DNA of 64,000 nt. It comes from Mustelus asterias (Eukaryota). The first letter of the stretch is position 1, and the number at the start of each line of letters is the position of its first letter. The notes beneath the pieces are model-generated. The model ran no database searches. It saw only the letters and a program-made list of their open reading frames with translations, and was not told the DNA's origin. This document shows positions 39,169 to 50,461 of this stretch, piece by piece. Position numbers and translations under genes: made by a program. The stretch spans positions 3,968,001-4,032,000 of the forward strand of contig NW_027590117.1 of assembly GCF_964213995.1 (NCBI RefSeq). The letters run 5' to 3'.

Positions 39169-39541
39169 AATTTGGCGCTGCGAGCTCTATATTTAAAGCC
39201 ACAGTCACATTGTGACAGGATACGAAAAGAACCTTGGAGTCATTTCTCATTAATTACAGTCACAAAATGATGACCATGCTGAAACATAATTAAAGATGTA
39301 AATTGTGAGGAAGAGTAGGCCATTCAGCTCTTTGAGCCCATATTGTCACACAATGAGGTCATGGCTGATTTTCCACTTCAACACCATTTCCCTGCTGTAT
39401 CGCCATATCCCTTGATGTTACTAATACGTAGAAATCTATCCATCTCACTCATGAACTTAATCAACAAGTAAGACTCCACAGCCCATTGGACTGATAATTC
39501 CAAAGAATCACCCACTCAGGGAAATAATTCCACCACATTAG

Positions 39542-39878
39542 GGGCGGCACGGTAGCACAGTGGTTAGCACTGCTGCTTCACAGCTCCAGGGTCCCGGGTT
39601 CGATTCCCGGCTCGGGTCACTGTCTGTGTGGAGTTTGCACATTCTCCTCGTGTCTGCGTGGGTTTCCTCCGGGTGCTCCGGTTTCCTCCCACAGTCCAAA
39701 GATGTGCGGGTTAGGTTGATTGGCCAGGTTAAAAATTGCCCCTTAGAGTCTTGGGATGCATAGGTTAGAGGGATTAGCGGGTAAATATGTGGGGGTAGGG
39801 CCTGGGTGGGATTGTGGTCGGTGCAGACTCGATGGGCTAAATGGCCTCCTTCTGCACTGTAGGGTTTCTATGATTTCT
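39542..39878 (+). mobile_element. Young HE1-like SINE
   Basis: A and B boxes (GGTTCGATTCC) and CR1-like tail (TTTCTATG); nearly identical to 44313-44649. Confidence 0.92.
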
Positions 39879-40204
39879 ACATCTCAGTCCTAAATGAGCT
39901 GTATCCTTTGGTTCCAAACACACCAGCCAGGGAAAGCATACTTCCTGCTTCTACCCTATTGAGCCCTGTAAGATTGTTGTATGCTTGAATGTCAGCAACT
40001 CTCATTCTTTTAAATGCCAGAAAATAAACACCTGGTGTTTCTCGTTTTTACTCCTCCAACAATCCCTCCAACCAAGAAATTCATTTCGTAAACCTTCATT
40101 CCACTCCCTTTATGGCAATCATATCTTTCTTTTGGTAAGGAGAACAATACTGCACACAATAGTCTAGCTGCTGTCTCAGCAAGACTATATAATTATGGAA
40201 TACT

Positions 40205-41223
40205 CTGCATTTCTGAATGGAGGGCTGTGACAAGTGGTGTTCCTTAGGGATCAGTGCTGGGACCTTTGCTGCTTGTAATATATATAAATGAGTTGGAGGA
40301 AAATGTAACTGGATTGATTAGTAAGTTTGCGGATGCCACAAAGGTTGGTGGATTTGCGGATAGCGATGAGGACCATCAGATGGAGACTTGGGCAGAGAGA
40401 TGGCAGATGGTGTTTAATCCGGACAAATGTGAGGTAATGCATTTTGGAAGGTCTAATACAGATAGGAAATATACTGTAAATGGCAGAACCCTTAGGAGTA
40501 TTGATAGGCAAAGGGATCTGGGTGTACAGGTAAACAGGTCACTGAAAGTGGCAATGTAGGTGGAGAAAGTAGTCAAGAAGGCATACGGCATGCCTGCCTT
40601 CATCGGCCGGGGTATTGAGTTTAAAAATTGACAAGTCATGCTGACGCTTTATAGAACCTTAGTGAGGCCACACTTGGAATATAGTGTTCAATTCTGGTCG
40701 CCACACTACCAGAAGGATGTGGAGGCTTTGGAGAGGGCACAGAAAAGATTTACCCGGATGTTGCCCGGAATGGAGGGCATTAGCTATGAGGAGAGGTTGG
40801 AGAAACTTGGTTTGTTCTCACTGGAGCGACGAAGGTTGAGGGTAGACCTGATAGAAGTCTACAAGATTATGAGAGGCATGGACAGAGTGGATAGTCAGAA
40901 GCTTTTTCCAAGGGTGGAAGAGTCAATTACTAGGGGGCATAGGTTTATGGTGCGAGGGGCAAGTTTTAAGAGATATACGAGGCATATTTTATACACAGAG
41001 AGTGGTGGGTGCCTGGAACTCGTTGCCGGGGGAGATAGTGGAAGCAGATACGGTAGTGACTTTTGAAGGGCGTTTTGACAAGTACATGAATGAGATGGGA
41101 ATCGAGGGATATGGTCCCCGGAAGCGTAGGGGGTTTTAGTTAAGTCGGGCAGCATGGCTGGTGCAGGCTTGGAGGGCCGAAGGGCCTGTTCCTGTGCTGT
41201 AATTTTCTTTGTTCTTTGTTCTT
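40205..41223 (+). mobile_element. CR1 ~1-kb 3' fragment
   Basis: [27 protein letters not shown]; TTGTTCT tail. Confidence 0.9.
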
Positions 41224-43388
41224 AGTGCAGTAAAACATCTTTACCCCGTATTCAAAACATCTTGCAATAAAGGCTTACATTCCATTTTCCTTCTTAATTG
41301 CTTGTTCTAGCTGCAGATTAGTTTTCTGTGACTCATGAACAGGAACAGTCAAGTGCTTTTGAATTTCAACACTTTCAAGCCCCTCATCATTTCAGGAATA
41401 CTCTGCACATTGCATTCCATCTGCAAAATTGTTGCCCACTCTCTTAGCCACTTCAAATCCCCTTGAGGAGTTTTTGCCTCCTCTTCACAACTCACACTTC
41501 CAGCTTATTTTGTGCATTCTCCAAAGATTGATATAGATTGTGAATGTTGGGGCCCAAGCACTGATCCTTGTTGTACCCTACTTGTCATTGTCTGCTAACT
41601 TGATATGACCTATTTATATCTATTCTCTGTTTTCTGTCCTTTAACCAGTTCTCAATCCAGGGCAGTATTCACCATGTGTTCTGATTGTGTTTATTAACCT
41701 CTTGTGTGGAAACTTATCAAAGGATTTCTGAAAATGTAAATATACCACAACAGCTGGTTACTCCTGATCTATTCAGTTAGTTGCATCCTCAGATCTCCAA
41801 CAGGTTTGCTGAACCTGATTTCACTTTCATCAGACCATCAGGAACTGTTAAAAATAGAAACATAGAAGATACAAGCAAGAATAGGTCATTTGGCCCTTGG
41901 AGCCTGCTCCAACATTCGTTTTGATTGTGGCTGATCATCAAGATCAATATCCTGTTCCCGCCTTCCCCCCATATCCCTTGATCCCTTGAGTCCAAAGAGC
42001 TATCTCAAATTTACTCCACAGATTGACCAAGATCTGGGTGAAGAAATTTCTCCTCCCCTTTCTCCTCACCTCAGGTCATGTTTCCTGGATTTGTTGTCAC
42101 CTAACATAGAAGCAAAGAAACTAGAGGTAGGAAACAGAATACTGTATTTGCAATCAGCAAATTGACAAGAACAGCATAAAACACTGCTACTCATAAAATA
42201 CAGCAGCTACAGAGTACAACCCACATCTTCCTCACACTGACAGGAAAAATAATACTCACATTGCAACAATTAACAGATTCTGCGTAAAGACACGCAGACC
42301 TACCACACACCGACAGCAGGACCTACTTGAAATCCTTCCAGGCCAGAAACAGAGAGGGACAGAATAAAGCCCGTTGTAATAAAGCAGAAAATGACTGGCA
42401 CAGACTGAAATCCATATTTATGTTTCAGGAACTTATAAACAATCCACACATCGCTAGCAGAGTGTACTAGATGTTGAATAAAGAACATGCATAAGTTAAT
42501 AGTCACGGTAGGCAGGATGGTGTCTCATCTCTATTTAGTGCATTAGCGACTAAGTGACGTTTCATAGAATCCATACAGTACAGAAGGAGGCCATTCGGCC
42601 CATCGAGCCTGCACTGACCACAGTCCCACCCAGGCCCTTTCCCCGGAACCCTATGTATTTATCCTTCAATCCCATGACGCTAAGGGGCAAATGTTGATTC
42701 GTTGGTTAGTGTTGACTTTAATTTGTTACAGTACAAGTTGTGAACCTTTGTCATGTGACCCTTTCAGATGGTCACTGGGCAATATCAACCTCAATGGGAA
42801 CTGTAACATCACACATAACTGCGACCTTGAGAATTAGTGGTAGAGACACACTCCAAATAATAGAACAGCATGTTTGGGAAAATACCAACACACTTATACC
42901 AAAGACTGTTATGCATAGATTAAAAACTTACTCACATGGCAGAAATTAAAGTGTGCAGTGAAATAACACAAACAAATCCAAAACTGAGAAGCGCAGCTAG
43001 AAAAAAATCGCAAGATTTTCCATTTCAGAAACCAACAGGTGCCAAATGAAATAGAGAATAACATCCCAGATCCAACATACTGTAAAGCCCACACTCTCTT
43101 AAATACTGAATGTTATAGAGAAAATAAAACACACGGACATATATCAGAGATTGCATTTTCTGAATTAAATCTTAACATCACCGACCACTGACAGAGATCG
43201 AAGCAACATAGAAATATCAGATACAAATCGACACAGCATGAAACCCACTCAGACATGGCTGACAGACAAGCAGTTTGAAATAGAATGTGTGTATCCTGTT
43301 GTGGAATCGCTCTCGCATTGTTCCATAACTGGTACCAAATAGATTCTGTTTGATCCCTCAATGTCATCCCCCCAGCACTCTAATAGTT

Positions 43389-43719
43389 TTTTTTATACTT
43401 TTCCAATTCAATCAAATCAAATCCAATTCAGAGTCTCAACAAGTTGAGACATTTCAGATCCAGGCTGACAAGACAGGGCGAGCGACCAAACCACCCTGTC
43501 CTGGGCCTGATCTACATGAGCCAAGCTGATTGGAGGAGGGGGAGGTTCCTCCGCCAAGACTTGAGCTCATTTGCATCTTAGCCAAAAGGCCGAGATGCCG
43601 CTTTTAAAAATTGCTTCATATGAAACATATGAAGCTTCAGTGTAACCTAATGACCTCGACCAAGTGCGGCCGACCATGGGCTGCCGACCATACTACACTT
43701 GATCTTAGCCAAAAGGCCG
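43389..43719 (-). mobile_element. U2 snRNA-headed retroposon (SINEU-like)
   Basis: Exact U2 nt 9-39 at 43690-43720; second U2 nt 7-27 at 43575-43595; A tail; TSD AATAGTT at 43382-43388 and 43720-43726. Confidence 0.8.
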
Positions 43720-44204
43720 AATAGTTGCTTTGAACAGTAAATCACCCTCCGGGATTGTTTGACTAATCGTCCCTGAACACCTTGCAGCCAGTAATGTCCA
43801 ACTCTCATTCCAGTCCTTCTTTCAGTCACTTTTCTGTTTTAGCCACAATGTTAGTGTCACATGTGGGACTTGTGGCTGCTGCTTATCAAACATATTCCCT
43901 TTTAACACGCACAGCAGAGCTCGCATTAACCCCTGTCTGAGCCCAGATATTCTGCACTGCCAGCTCCCGGTGATGGACGGAAGTAAAGCAGAGCAGTTGG
44001 TGCTGGTGAGGAAGGGGAAATGTATGAACAGTATCAGCAGTCTGATAGAGTGATGTGGGATTAGCAGCAGAGAGAATGCGCTGGTGCGGGAGAGGGAGTG
44101 AGAGGGTCAGGGGGTTGGGTGGATCGGGGCGGACAAGGGGAAAGGACGGATTGACAACAGACAGTTTGTGGATTTGAGCAGCAACCAATGTGTTTGGGTG
44201 TCTA

Positions 44205-44312
44205 AACTAACCAATCAGAGACAGCATCACGAATTGACATCACTGTGAATGAGCCAATGAGGAACAGGGCTTTCAGCCATGCTTCATTAGCATAGGCCTC
44301 TGCTTTGGTCTC
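44205..44312 (+). promoter_or_regulatory. Displaced H2B promoter elements
   Basis: Two CCAAT boxes and ATTAGCAT (44286-44293), separated from the gene by a SINE insertion. Confidence 0.75.
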
Positions 44313-44649
44313 TAGAAACATAGAAACCCTACAGTGCAGAAGGAGGCCATTCGGCCCATCGAGTCTGCACCGACCACAATCCCACCCAGGCCCTACCCCC
44401 ACATATTTACCCGCTAATCCCTCTAACCTATGCATCCCAGGACTCTAAGGGGCAATTTTTAACCTGGCCAATCAACCTAACCCGCACATCTTTGGACTGT
44501 GGGAGGAAACCGGAGCACCCGGAGGAAACCCACGCAGACACGAGGAGAATGTGCAAACTCCACACAGACAGTGACCCGAGCCGGGAATCGAACCCGGGAC
44601 CCTGGAGCTGTGAAGCAGCAGTGCTAACCACTGTGCTACCGTGCCGCCC
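44313..44649 (-). mobile_element. Young HE1-like SINE in the H2B promoter
   Basis: Reverse complement of 39542-39878 with few differences. Confidence 0.92.
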
Positions 44650-44812
44650 CGTGGATCATTGGGTCTGAGTAATATTTAAAATTAATTAACTGGTTCCTCA
44701 CCCTCTCTGGGTTTAGATCTCAGAAGCGTTGATATTCGGTCCCTTTTCCAGGCTTTAAAAGAGGAGTTCCGAGCGCGACTCAGTGATTCTGTGTCTGAAA
44801 TTAACTGTGACA

Positions 44813-45190
44813 ATGGTGGATGAGAAGAAAGCGCCGGTTGCCAAGAAGGGCGCTAAAAAAACGCAGAAAAAGCTGCCAGCAAAGGGCGGCAAGAAGAGGA
44901 AAAGATCCAGGAAGGAGAGTTACTCCATCTACGTCTACAAAGTGATGAAGCAGGTTCACCCTGACACCGGCATCTCCTCCAAGGCCATGAGCATCATGAA
45001 CTCGTTCGTGAACGATATTTTCGAGCGCATCGCGCGTGAGGCTTCCCGCCTGGCCCATTACAACAAGCGCAGCACCATCAGCTCCCGGGAGATCCAGACC
45101 GCCGTGCGCCTGCTGCTGCCCGGGGAACTGGCCAAGCACGCCGTGTCGGAAGGGACAAAGGCGGTGACCAAGTACACCAGCTCCAAGTAA
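44813..45190 (+). CDS. H2B: Histone H2B (125 aa), intact ORF with damaged regulatory elements
   Basis: [44 protein letters not shown]. Confidence 0.95.
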   Translation: MVDEKKAPVAKKGAKKTQKKLPAKGGKKRKRSRKESYSIYVYKVMKQVHPDTGISSKAMSIMNSFVNDIFERIAREASRLAHYNKRSTISSREIQTAVRLLLPGELAKHAVSEGTKAVTKYTSSK

Positions 45191-45226
45191 AACTCCCCAA
45201 TGGACTGAAAAGCACCCAAACACAAC

Positions 45227-45242
45227 GGCTGTTTTAAGAGCC
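45227..45242 (+). terminator. Histone stem-loop with stem mismatch
   Basis: GGCTgTTTTAAGAGCC: C>G at 45231 gives a G-G opposition. Confidence 0.9.
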
Positions 45243-45509
45243 ACCCACAATCCCTGGGAAAAGGCTGTATCATCCATTTAGTTTCAATTATTATTTTACG
45301 ACGCAGCGTCTCGAACAATGATAATTGTTGTTTTTCTGGTTATCAATGATAGACACGGAGTCAATCGCCCCGTGGATCATTGGGTCTGAGTAATATTTAA
45401 AATTAATTAACTGGTTCCTCACCCTCTCTGGGTTTAGATCTCAGACGCGTTGATATTCGGTCCCTTTTCCAGGCTTTAGAGAGAGAGCGAGGTAATGGAG
45501 CAAATGTGT

Positions 45510-45745
45510 CAGAATCATCGAATCCCTGCAGTACAGGGGGCCATTTGGCCCATCGAGTTTGCACCGACAACAATCCCTCACCCATCCTCGTAACCCTAAA
45601 TATTTACCCTGTTAATCCCCCTCATACTGGGGCAATTTAGCATAGCCAATCCACCCAACCCGCATACCTTTGGGCTGTGGGAAGAAAGCGGAGTGCCCGC
45701 AGGAAAACCACGCGGAATCGGGGGGAAAAAGTGCAAACTCCTCAG
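45510..45745 (-). mobile_element. HE1-like SINE fragment
   Basis: GGCCATTTGGCCCATCGAG..GTGCAAACTCC similar to the other copies; further fragments at 20370-20580, 42565-42690 and 51230-51430. Confidence 0.75.
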
Positions 45746-46515
45746 TTTCCAGTTTGGTCTCAATGACCGATCAGTTTATTCCCGATAAGCCCCGGTTGTG
45801 CAGGAACCCTCAGTCTCGACGAAGATGGAGAACAGCCCGTCCGTTTGCAGAACGATGTCAATGAAACGTTCTGGCGGCTGGTTCGAGAGTTTGAAAAAGA
45901 AAGAGATTAACCCCGAATGTATCCCGCATTCGAAAAGCAAATCTGCAACTTGGGATAAAACGTGAAATTGTGCAAACACAGACTGATGTTTTAAAAACGT
46001 TGTTGATAGATAGTTAATTATTGATGGGATTTGTTATTAACCGTATTTCTTGTTTGAGAAATATATCTGCGAAGTTTCCAAATTTGAATAATTTATTTTC
46101 GGCTTGTTTTCAGATAAACCCAGACTGAAAATCAGAGACTGCCAGATACAGGTTAACTATAGACTGGGGAAGAGAGAAAGGGAGATTCTTACATTACTCA
46201 AAATGAATTCACCATTACCGATTAGAATAATTTCCGAAACTCTTGTTCTTTCCGCTTTGGCGGCTTTTACAGTTTGAAATGAAATCGGTTGGAATCTGAG
46301 ATTTTGGCGCCGTTATTTTCCGCCCTCACTCCGTGGGCTCTCCGGATTGGTGAGTTAAGCAGATTTCTGATTGGTCATATGAACAAGATGCTGAGAGGCA
46401 GCAACAAAGTGACCAATCAGCAATGTCCACACCTCCATTCCTCCCGGAGCAAGAAGAGAAGCGAAAGGGAGTGGATTTCAGCATTCTTTGTGAAAGTGTT
46501 TGTGAGATTGTGTAG

Positions 46516-46905
<390 letters not shown>

Positions 46906-46935
46906 AGCGGCCATTCTTTAATCTGATAACCCAAA

Positions 46936-46951
46936 GGCTCTTTTCAGAGCC
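46936..46951 (+). terminator. Histone 3' stem-loop
   Basis: Consensus GGCTCTTTTCAGAGCC. Confidence 0.96.
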
Positions 46952-47073
46952 ACTCATTTTATCTGTAAAAGGGTGATCTGTTTAACCGTCAGAGACACTG
47001 CACTGCTATTCACAGTAGAGCTGTTTCTCGCTTTGCTTTATCAATCCGTAGTTCGCCCTGTGCACATTATTGA

Positions 47074-47147
47074 TGATGTGGAGATGCCGGCGTTGGACTG
47101 GGGTGAACACAGTAAGAAGTCTCACCTGGTGTTGTGAGACTTCTTAC
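47074..47147. mobile_element. 74-bp Penelope-like insertion
   Basis: Internal inverted repeat GTAAGAAGTCTCAC; TSD CACATTATTGA at 47063-47073 and 47148-47158. Confidence 0.85.
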
Positions 47148-47334
47148 CACATTATTGACCCAGGTGTTTTAATGCATGTAAATTTATGCTATTTATTGGA
47201 GAACATTTTACATATGTTAGAAATATCATTTCCAGCACCATGTCTGAGGTAATTATTTAAATACAGGTACACAATTGCCCCAGAGTGAGAAACAGCATCA
47301 AAGATTGATGGCTGAAAAACAACTCAAACTCAAC

Positions 47335-47350
47335 GGCTCTTTTAAGAGCC
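47335..47350 (+). pseudogene. Orphan histone stem-loop (H2B 3' UTR without CDS)
   Basis: GGCTCTTTTAAGAGCC in context matching the H2B 3' UTR at 24960-25040; no histone ORF upstream. Confidence 0.85.
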
Positions 47351-48604
47351 AGCCACAATCTCTGAAAAATCTGCGCCATCTTTTCCCTTATTGAGTTAAT
47401 GAGAAATCTCTTTCTGAAGGATAGAGATTTGTCCCGTTCCGGAATGCTGTGAATGGGACGTCATATCCGCCCCTCGCACGCACACTCAGATTGAAGGAAC
47501 AATCAAACTGAACTGAGAGCAGATTTTAAACCCCAGTCTGGGATTTGTGACGGACAATGAGGCCCAGCACAATATCAGGATGTAATTATTTACATTTAAT
47601 GATAACTATATTCAGTTTCAGAATAAGGTTTTTTTTTCACTCGAGTTATCTGGGCACCGCTCCCGGAACAGAATAAAGGCGGGAATGAAGAGGTTATTCT
47701 CGGGCTGATCTGTTTATTCCGCAGTTTTCCCAGAGGACGGAATCAGCGAGATCTGTGCACACACAGGACCTGAGTTCATTGCAGCGCTTTAAGATCTGCC
47801 TCCCCCCGGCGCTCCCTATTCTCCGGGCACAAAGCTGCCTGTTCCACCGGCGGGATTGAGTCAGGAATTCTCTCCACACCTTCCATTGGAACATTCCCGA
47901 CAGCTTTCAGGGGAGAGGATCAGAAATCAGCCGTTTCCCTCTGTCCCTGTGAAGCCTGTGTGAAGGGGTTGGTTGGTGATCTCTATGTTTCTGCTTTTCC
48001 ACTGAGCTGAGATTTGCTCCGTTTTAAATTGCTGAACGGGGTCTGATTACCGCCGGTTACAGATAAGAGATTGAAAAGTTCAAACTGTTCCTAAAATAAC
48101 GCCAAGATTCTGTGAGGGAAAATACAATAAACAAATTATAAAGCGTGAGATTGAAATAGTTTCCTGAACATTCAGGCGTTCCGTTATTTTGTATTTTTCC
48201 TGCACTGAAATTGGCGGGTTATTCCAATTTGAAAATGTGAACCAAACAAAACCTCCCATTTCTTCTCCCTTGCTCTCCGATTGGTGAAGAATTGGATTGA
48301 CATGGGAGTGTCCAATCAGAGCTCGAGTCTGGCTGCAGCCTCGCAAACCGCTCACAATGATTATTAATAGAGATTAAACTGACGGAATCTGTATTTGAGA
48401 TATTAGATGTACTTTGTTTCCACAGATAAATATTTGAAGAAACCAGATATTTCCTCCACAGGAGTTACAGGGAAGAATGTCCCAGCTTCTTCTCACAATT
48501 CCACAGTCTCCGAGAACAGAAATGATTCCAGAGGCACGTTTTTAATCCAGCAATCAAACAGCAGGAATGGCAGACGCTGTGTCCCTATCACGTCTAGTTT
48601 TCGT

Positions 48605-48687
48605 ACCAGGATGGCCGAGTGCTAAAGGCGTTGGACTTAAGATCCAACGGACATATGTCCGCGTGGGTTCGAACCCCACTCCTGGTA
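48605..48687 (+). tRNA. tRNA-Leu(TAA), D-loop variant
   Basis: ACCAGGATGGCCGAGTGcTaAAGGCGTTGGACTTAAGATCCAAcGGACATATGTCCGCGTGGGTTCGAACCCCACTCCTGGTA; the conserved D-loop GG is GC; T5 run downstream. Confidence 0.92.
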
Positions 48688-50262
48688 GAAGGATTTTTAA
48701 CACTACATTCTGCACCCTCTCCTTTCCTTCTCCCCTATATACTCTGCGAACGGTATGCTCGGTCTGTAAAATGCGCAAGAAACCAGAGTTTTCACAGCAT
48801 AGTAATTATTTCTTGTCACAATAAGAAATCAAATCAATCTCAATACCGCTGACAGGGTGATCCATAAATCCCAGTCCAAACCATTATCAGATCATCACTG
48901 TGTCAATCCCACAATAGAGCAGCCTTAGCTCCAAATTCAGTATCTGATAAAACCGTAAAATGCTTTTTTGGTTAAATGTTACACAATTAACCTTAATAAT
49001 GTACTTTGAGATTCTAGTTAAATACCAGTCACATCACCCACATCAGGGGTTTGGAACTGGCAGTACTAATCGCCATGGCGAGTTCTCACAAATACATTAG
49101 ATACAAATCTGAAAGACAATCTCAGATTGAGATATTCTGAAAGCGAGTATAACCTGAGATACAAACTCAGGTTCCAGTTGAAAACTCACCCAGATTATGA
49201 AACTAAAAGTTACAATATCAGTTTGATGACTATGAACTGAACCATAAATTATAAACTAATCCTCACTCAGACTGAGCCAGATGGAAGACACTGTACCAAT
49301 TCCAGACTGAGCTCCATTTTACACATGTCAAAATTCTTACTCAGAATCAGACTGTCACAGATCAAATCAATGTGAACAACCTGAGTGAAACTTGCATAGC
49401 AATCTAGTATCAGATTGAAGGATACATTATCTTTCACAATTGTGTTTACAGTAACAGATTTATTGCTGGGCATAAACTCACACATTATTTGCTTCAAACC
49501 TACTGCATCAGTGGCCTATTTCTGTGTTGGAAATTTATTTGGAATTAATCCAAATAGAGAACTTGTCCCAGAGATTGAAGGTTATTTAATTAATCCCATA
49601 TTCACACAAAATACCAAAGACTGATAAATACGAGAATAGTTCTGAATCGCATGTTCAGCATCAACAGCTGAAAAGTACAGGCTGTTTACTGCACTCACTC
49701 ACAGGAGCTGAGTCTGAGTGATATGAAATAAATCACACACACACCAATTGTATCACTGAGGGATTTGGAAACAACCAAAGGCTCACACAGAGTAACGGAA
49801 ACAAATGGAAGATTAGACAGAGAGAGACGTGAGTGAAAAATCCCAAATGAGACACACAATTTTAAACAGCACCATAGATTTACATACATGATTAATTCCA
49901 CTGACAGGAACAGCATGAAGCTGATGTTCTGCAAACAGCACCAGGGAATTAAAGCATATATTCCAGAAGCAGCAGCAGGGGATTTAAAATTACTGATGTT
50001 TGCCACACTTATATAAAATGCTCACAGATATAGAGGCCATTGACAGGTCTAGAATGATCCAACACTCACACACTTTATAAGTGTCTGCCAGATATATATA
50101 ACTGGCACCTTCAGAAATAACACCAGACAAATTCAGATACAGAATGGAACCAGATACTGAAACATGTGAATTGATTCCAACACTGATTGTGTGTCTTGGG
50201 CAGCCCATACCTACGGGGATATGGTGGATCATGACGACAATTCCAGGCAGGTCTCTATTGCA

Positions 50263-50461
50263 CAAATAAAAGCAAATTACTGTGGATGCTGGAATCTGAA
50301 ATCAAAAGAGAAAATTCTGGAAAATCTCAGCAGGTCTGGCAGCATCTGTAAGATGACAAAGGTCTTCGACAAAGGGTCGTCTGGACTCGAAACGTCAGCT
50401 CTTTTCTCTCCTTACAGATGCTGCCAGACCTACTGAGATTCTCCAGCATTTTCTCTTTTGG
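50263..50461. mobile_element. Short Penelope-like inverted pair (second family)
   Basis: Inverted CTCAGCAGGTCTGGCAGCATCTGTAAG; hammerhead-like GGGTC..GACTCGAAACGTC; right arm only. Confidence 0.7.

Larger units (their letters stand above)
30668..39183 (+). mobile_element. Endogenous retrovirus (class I, epsilon/gamma-like), internally deleted
   Basis: LTR-PBS-gag-pro-pol-env-PPT-LTR order; YVDD RT; gag amber stop in frame with pro; gamma-type env TM; GCTCT at 30663-30667 and 39184-39188. Confidence 0.96.
39290..42065 (-). mobile_element. Old CR1 fragments hosting younger insertions
   Basis: Degenerate CR1 3' UTR/ORF2 at 39290-40195, 41225-41850 and 41855-42065. Confidence 0.65.

Noticed and set aside
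39560-39763. Identical 67-aa ORFs at 39560 and 44428
   Set aside because: Translations of two young SINE copies.
43690-43720. Functional U2 snRNA gene
   Set aside because: Only nt 9-39 are present, with no Sm site or 3' domain, and it lies inside a TSD-flanked insert.
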